The translations under genes and the position numbers were made by a program. DNA of 64,000 bases from positions 7,903 to 71,902 of the forward strand of contig JAQUMX010000003.1 in the NCBI GenBank assembly GCA_028717885.1, in the 5' to 3' direction. This document shows, piece after piece, positions 62,183-64,000 of this stretch. The DNA comes from Candidatus Omnitrophota bacterium. Its GTDB lineage: Bacteria > Omnitrophota > Gorgyraeia > Gygaellales > Profunditerraquicolaceae. How positions within the stretch are numbered: position 1 is the stretch's first letter; every line of letters begins with the position of its first letter. The notes under the pieces are model-generated. The model made no database searches. It saw nothing but the letters and a program-made list of their open reading frames with translations, and had not been told where the DNA came from.

Positions 62183-63315
62183 TTCAAAAATACCTCCTCT
62201 GCAGCTTTGACACCTTTACCTAACTCAAACTTATACCCCATCTGGGAGAGCACTTTTTCCAAACAGGAAATCCCGGCAATAATATCGAATTCTTCGATAA
62301 AACCCATATGGGCGATACGGAAAACTTTTCCTTTTAATTCTGCCTGTCCGCCGGCGATTACGACGCCGTATTTATCGCGCATAGTCTTGACCAATTTTTC
62401 CCCTTCGAGGCCTGCCGGGACCTTTACTGCGGTTACTACATCAGAAGCAGCAGTAGGAGCAAATAATTCCAGGCCCAATGCTTTCATCGCAGCGCGGGTG
62501 GCGTCTGCCATTTTTTTGTGGCGGATGAAAATATTTTCCAGGCCGTCTTCACGCATCATTTTTAATGCTTCATTTAAAGCAATCACCAGGGTCAAGGCGG
62601 GAGTAAAAGGCGTATCCGTAGACTCCCAGGCTTTTTTTGCCGTCCTTAAATCAAAATAATAACGGGGAGATTTTGCCGCATTAACCAGGCCCCAGGCCTT
62701 AGCCGAAACGCTGATAAAGGCCAGCCCCGGCGGCAGCATCAATCCTTTCTGCGATCCTGACACGCACACATCTACGCCCCAGCTATCGGTTTTTAAATCA
62801 ATTGCGCCTAAGCCGCTAATAGCATCCACTACCAAAACCGCATCGGTTTTCTTCACTACATCTGCGATAGCCGCAATATCATTGGTTACGCCGGTAGAAG
62901 TTTCGCAGAGTGTGGTAAAAACCGCTTTGATCTTGGGATTAGCCTTTAATTTCTTGGCAATCTCCTGCGGGTCAACTGCTTTTCCCCATTCTACATTAAT
63001 AACTTCGGCAGTAATCCCGTAGGCTTTGCAAAGTTCGGTCCATCTTTCTCCGAATTTCCCCCCATGCACGGTAAGGGCAGTGTCACCTGGGGACAAAAGG
63101 TTAATTACTGCGGTTTCCATTGCTCCGGTTCCCGAAGAAGTAAGGATATAAACATCTCCGGAAGTCTGGAAAACATATTTTAAACCTTCGCCTACCTCTT
63201 TTAGGACTGCCTGGAATTGCGGCGTACGGTGGTGAATGATCGGGCGTGCCATCGCAGCGCGTACTTGAGGCGGTAAAGGTGTGGGCCCTGGGGTTAATAA
63301 ATAACTCTTTCTCAT
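62179..63315 (-). CDS. class V aminotransferase (serine-glyoxylate / phosphoserine aminotransferase-like)
   Basis: PLP-lysine region VSGSQKGLMLPPG. 378 aa. Overlaps the serA start by 4 nt, suggesting a role in the serine pathway. Confidence 0.85.
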   Translation of the reverse strand: MRKSYLLTPGPTPLPPQVRAAMARPIIHHRTPQFQAVLKEVGEGLKYVFQTSGDVYILTSSGTGAMETAVINLLSPGDTALTVHGGKFGERWTELCKAYGITAEVINVEWGKAVDPQEIAKKLKANPKIKAVFTTLCETSTGVTNDIAAIADVVKKTDAVLVVDAISGLGAIDLKTDSWGVDVCVSGSQKGLMLPPGLAFISVSAKAWGLVNAAKSPRYYFDLRTAKKAWESTDTPFTPALTLVIALNEALKMMREDGLENIFIRHKKMADATRAAMKALGLELFAPTAASDVVTAVKVPAGLEGEKLVKTMRDKYGVVIAGGQAELKGKVFRIAHMGFIEEFDIIAGISCLEKVLSQMGYKFELGKGVKAAEEVFLK

Positions 63316-63347
63316 TTCAATCCTCCTAAATTCAAAATATTGTTAAT

Positions 63348-63458
63348 CGTTTGTAGGTTACGTAGCTCGTTACGGTGTTCGTTTAACGTTTTACGGCACG
63401 GTTAACGTATAACGATTAACGTTTCGAGTTACGTAACCGATAAACGTATTACGAAAAC
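63348..63458. repeat. degenerate heptad array, about 15 units of CGNNTAA-like sequence
   Basis: There are CpG dinucleotides at 63361, 68, 73, 80, 87, 94, 99, 63406, 13, 20, 25, 32, 38, 45 and 52. Ten of the 14 spacings are exactly 7 nt. The array contains the palindromes GTTACGTAAC, AACGTT and TACGTA. Confidence 0.75.
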
Positions 63459-63463
63459 CAAAA

Positions 63464-64000
63464 TTATTTCTTTTTATTCGGTAAAATTACCTCGTCGACG
63501 ATTCCGTATTCTTTTGCTTCTTCCGCGGACATGAAATAATCCCGGTCCGTATCCTTCTGGATTTTATCCAAAGATTTTCCCGTATGTAGCGCCAAAATCT
63601 CATTGATCTTATCGCGCATTTTTAAAATTTCTTTTGCCTGGATGGAAATATCCGAAGCCTGGCCCTGTACACCTCCCCAGGGCTGATGAATCATTACCCG
63701 GGAATTCGGCAAGACATGGCGCTTACCCTTAGTGCCGGCGCATAAAAGCACTGCGCCCATGCTGGCAGCTTGGCCGACGCAATAGGTAGCTACGTCGCAT
63801 TTTACGAACTGCATCGTGTCATAAATGGCTAAGCCTGCGGTAACCGAACCGCCCGGAGAATTAACATAAATATTAATGTCCTTATTTACATCCTCCATCT
63901 GCAGAAAAAGCATTTGAGCCATAATCAGGTTAGCTACATTATCATCAACCGGGGTACCGATGAAAATAATCCGGTCCTTTAAAAGACGGGAATAAATATC
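63464..64000 (-). CDS. clpP: ATP-dependent Clp protease proteolytic subunit (5' end beyond the window)
   Basis: Catalytic Ser (GQAASMG) and His (MIHQP) motifs. The frame stays open upstream of the ORF-track Met to position 64000 ([20 protein letters not shown]...). Confidence 0.9.
   Translation of the reverse strand, partial: DIYSRLLKDRIIFIGTPVDDNVANLIMAQMLFLQMEDVNKDINIYVNSPGGSVTAGLAIYDTMQFVKCDVATYCVGQAASMGAVLLCAGTKGKRHVLPNSRVMIHQPWGGVQGQASDISIQAKEILKMRDKINEILALHTGKSLDKIQKDTDRDYFMSAEEAKEYGIVDEVILPNKKK

Overview
This 64-kb window is a chromosomal segment from a bacterium. Its gene content (an acetyl-CoA synthase and tetrahydrofolate C1 module, GH57/GlgA glycogen genes, QueH) suggests an uncultivated anaerobe, but I cannot assign a lineage from sequence alone. 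It holds about 60 protein genes, and all but rpmB lie on the minus strand. They are packed tightly, with many abutting or overlapping stop/start junctions. Most of the content is housekeeping:
- DNA metabolism: a UvrD-type helicase-nuclease, recJ, polA, ruvB, rnhB, scpA.
- Translation: argS, trpS, proS, prfA-prmC, infB, rpmB, rpmE, rplS, trmD, and the queuosine genes tgt-queA-queH.
- Transcription: rho and the rimP-nusA-infB block.
- Biosynthesis: the trp operon trpG-D-C-F and trpB-A, murA, the isoprenoid and envelope block uppS-cdsA-dxr-rseP-ispG, the C1 module fchA-folD-metF-acsB, glycogen genes, purA, and a serC-like gene with serA.
- A partial clpP runs off the right edge.

I found no rRNA, tRNA, CRISPR array, transposase, integrase, reverse transcriptase or recognisable defence gene.

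The signals that ordinary annotation does not explain are:
1. A 1.4-kb insert splits the trp operon. It is largely AT-rich, carries one orphan membrane protein, and includes two long GC-rich imperfect palindromes that share a repeated arm motif.
2. A heptad-periodic CpG array fills the clpP/serC-like intergenic region.
3. The same CGTACGG heptamer tandem repeat sits inside two unrelated essential genes, prmC and ispG.
4. Several gene-architecture oddities stand out: AcsB with an extra N-terminal region and no CODH/CFeSP neighbours, an orphan CpaF-type ATPase inside a conserved housekeeping block, a ProRS without the INS editing domain, an Lpp-like/OmpA-like lipoprotein pair, and a metallophosphoesterase fused to thioredoxin-fold domains.

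None of these is demonstrably a new system. All are hypotheses that need database searches and comparative data I cannot run here.
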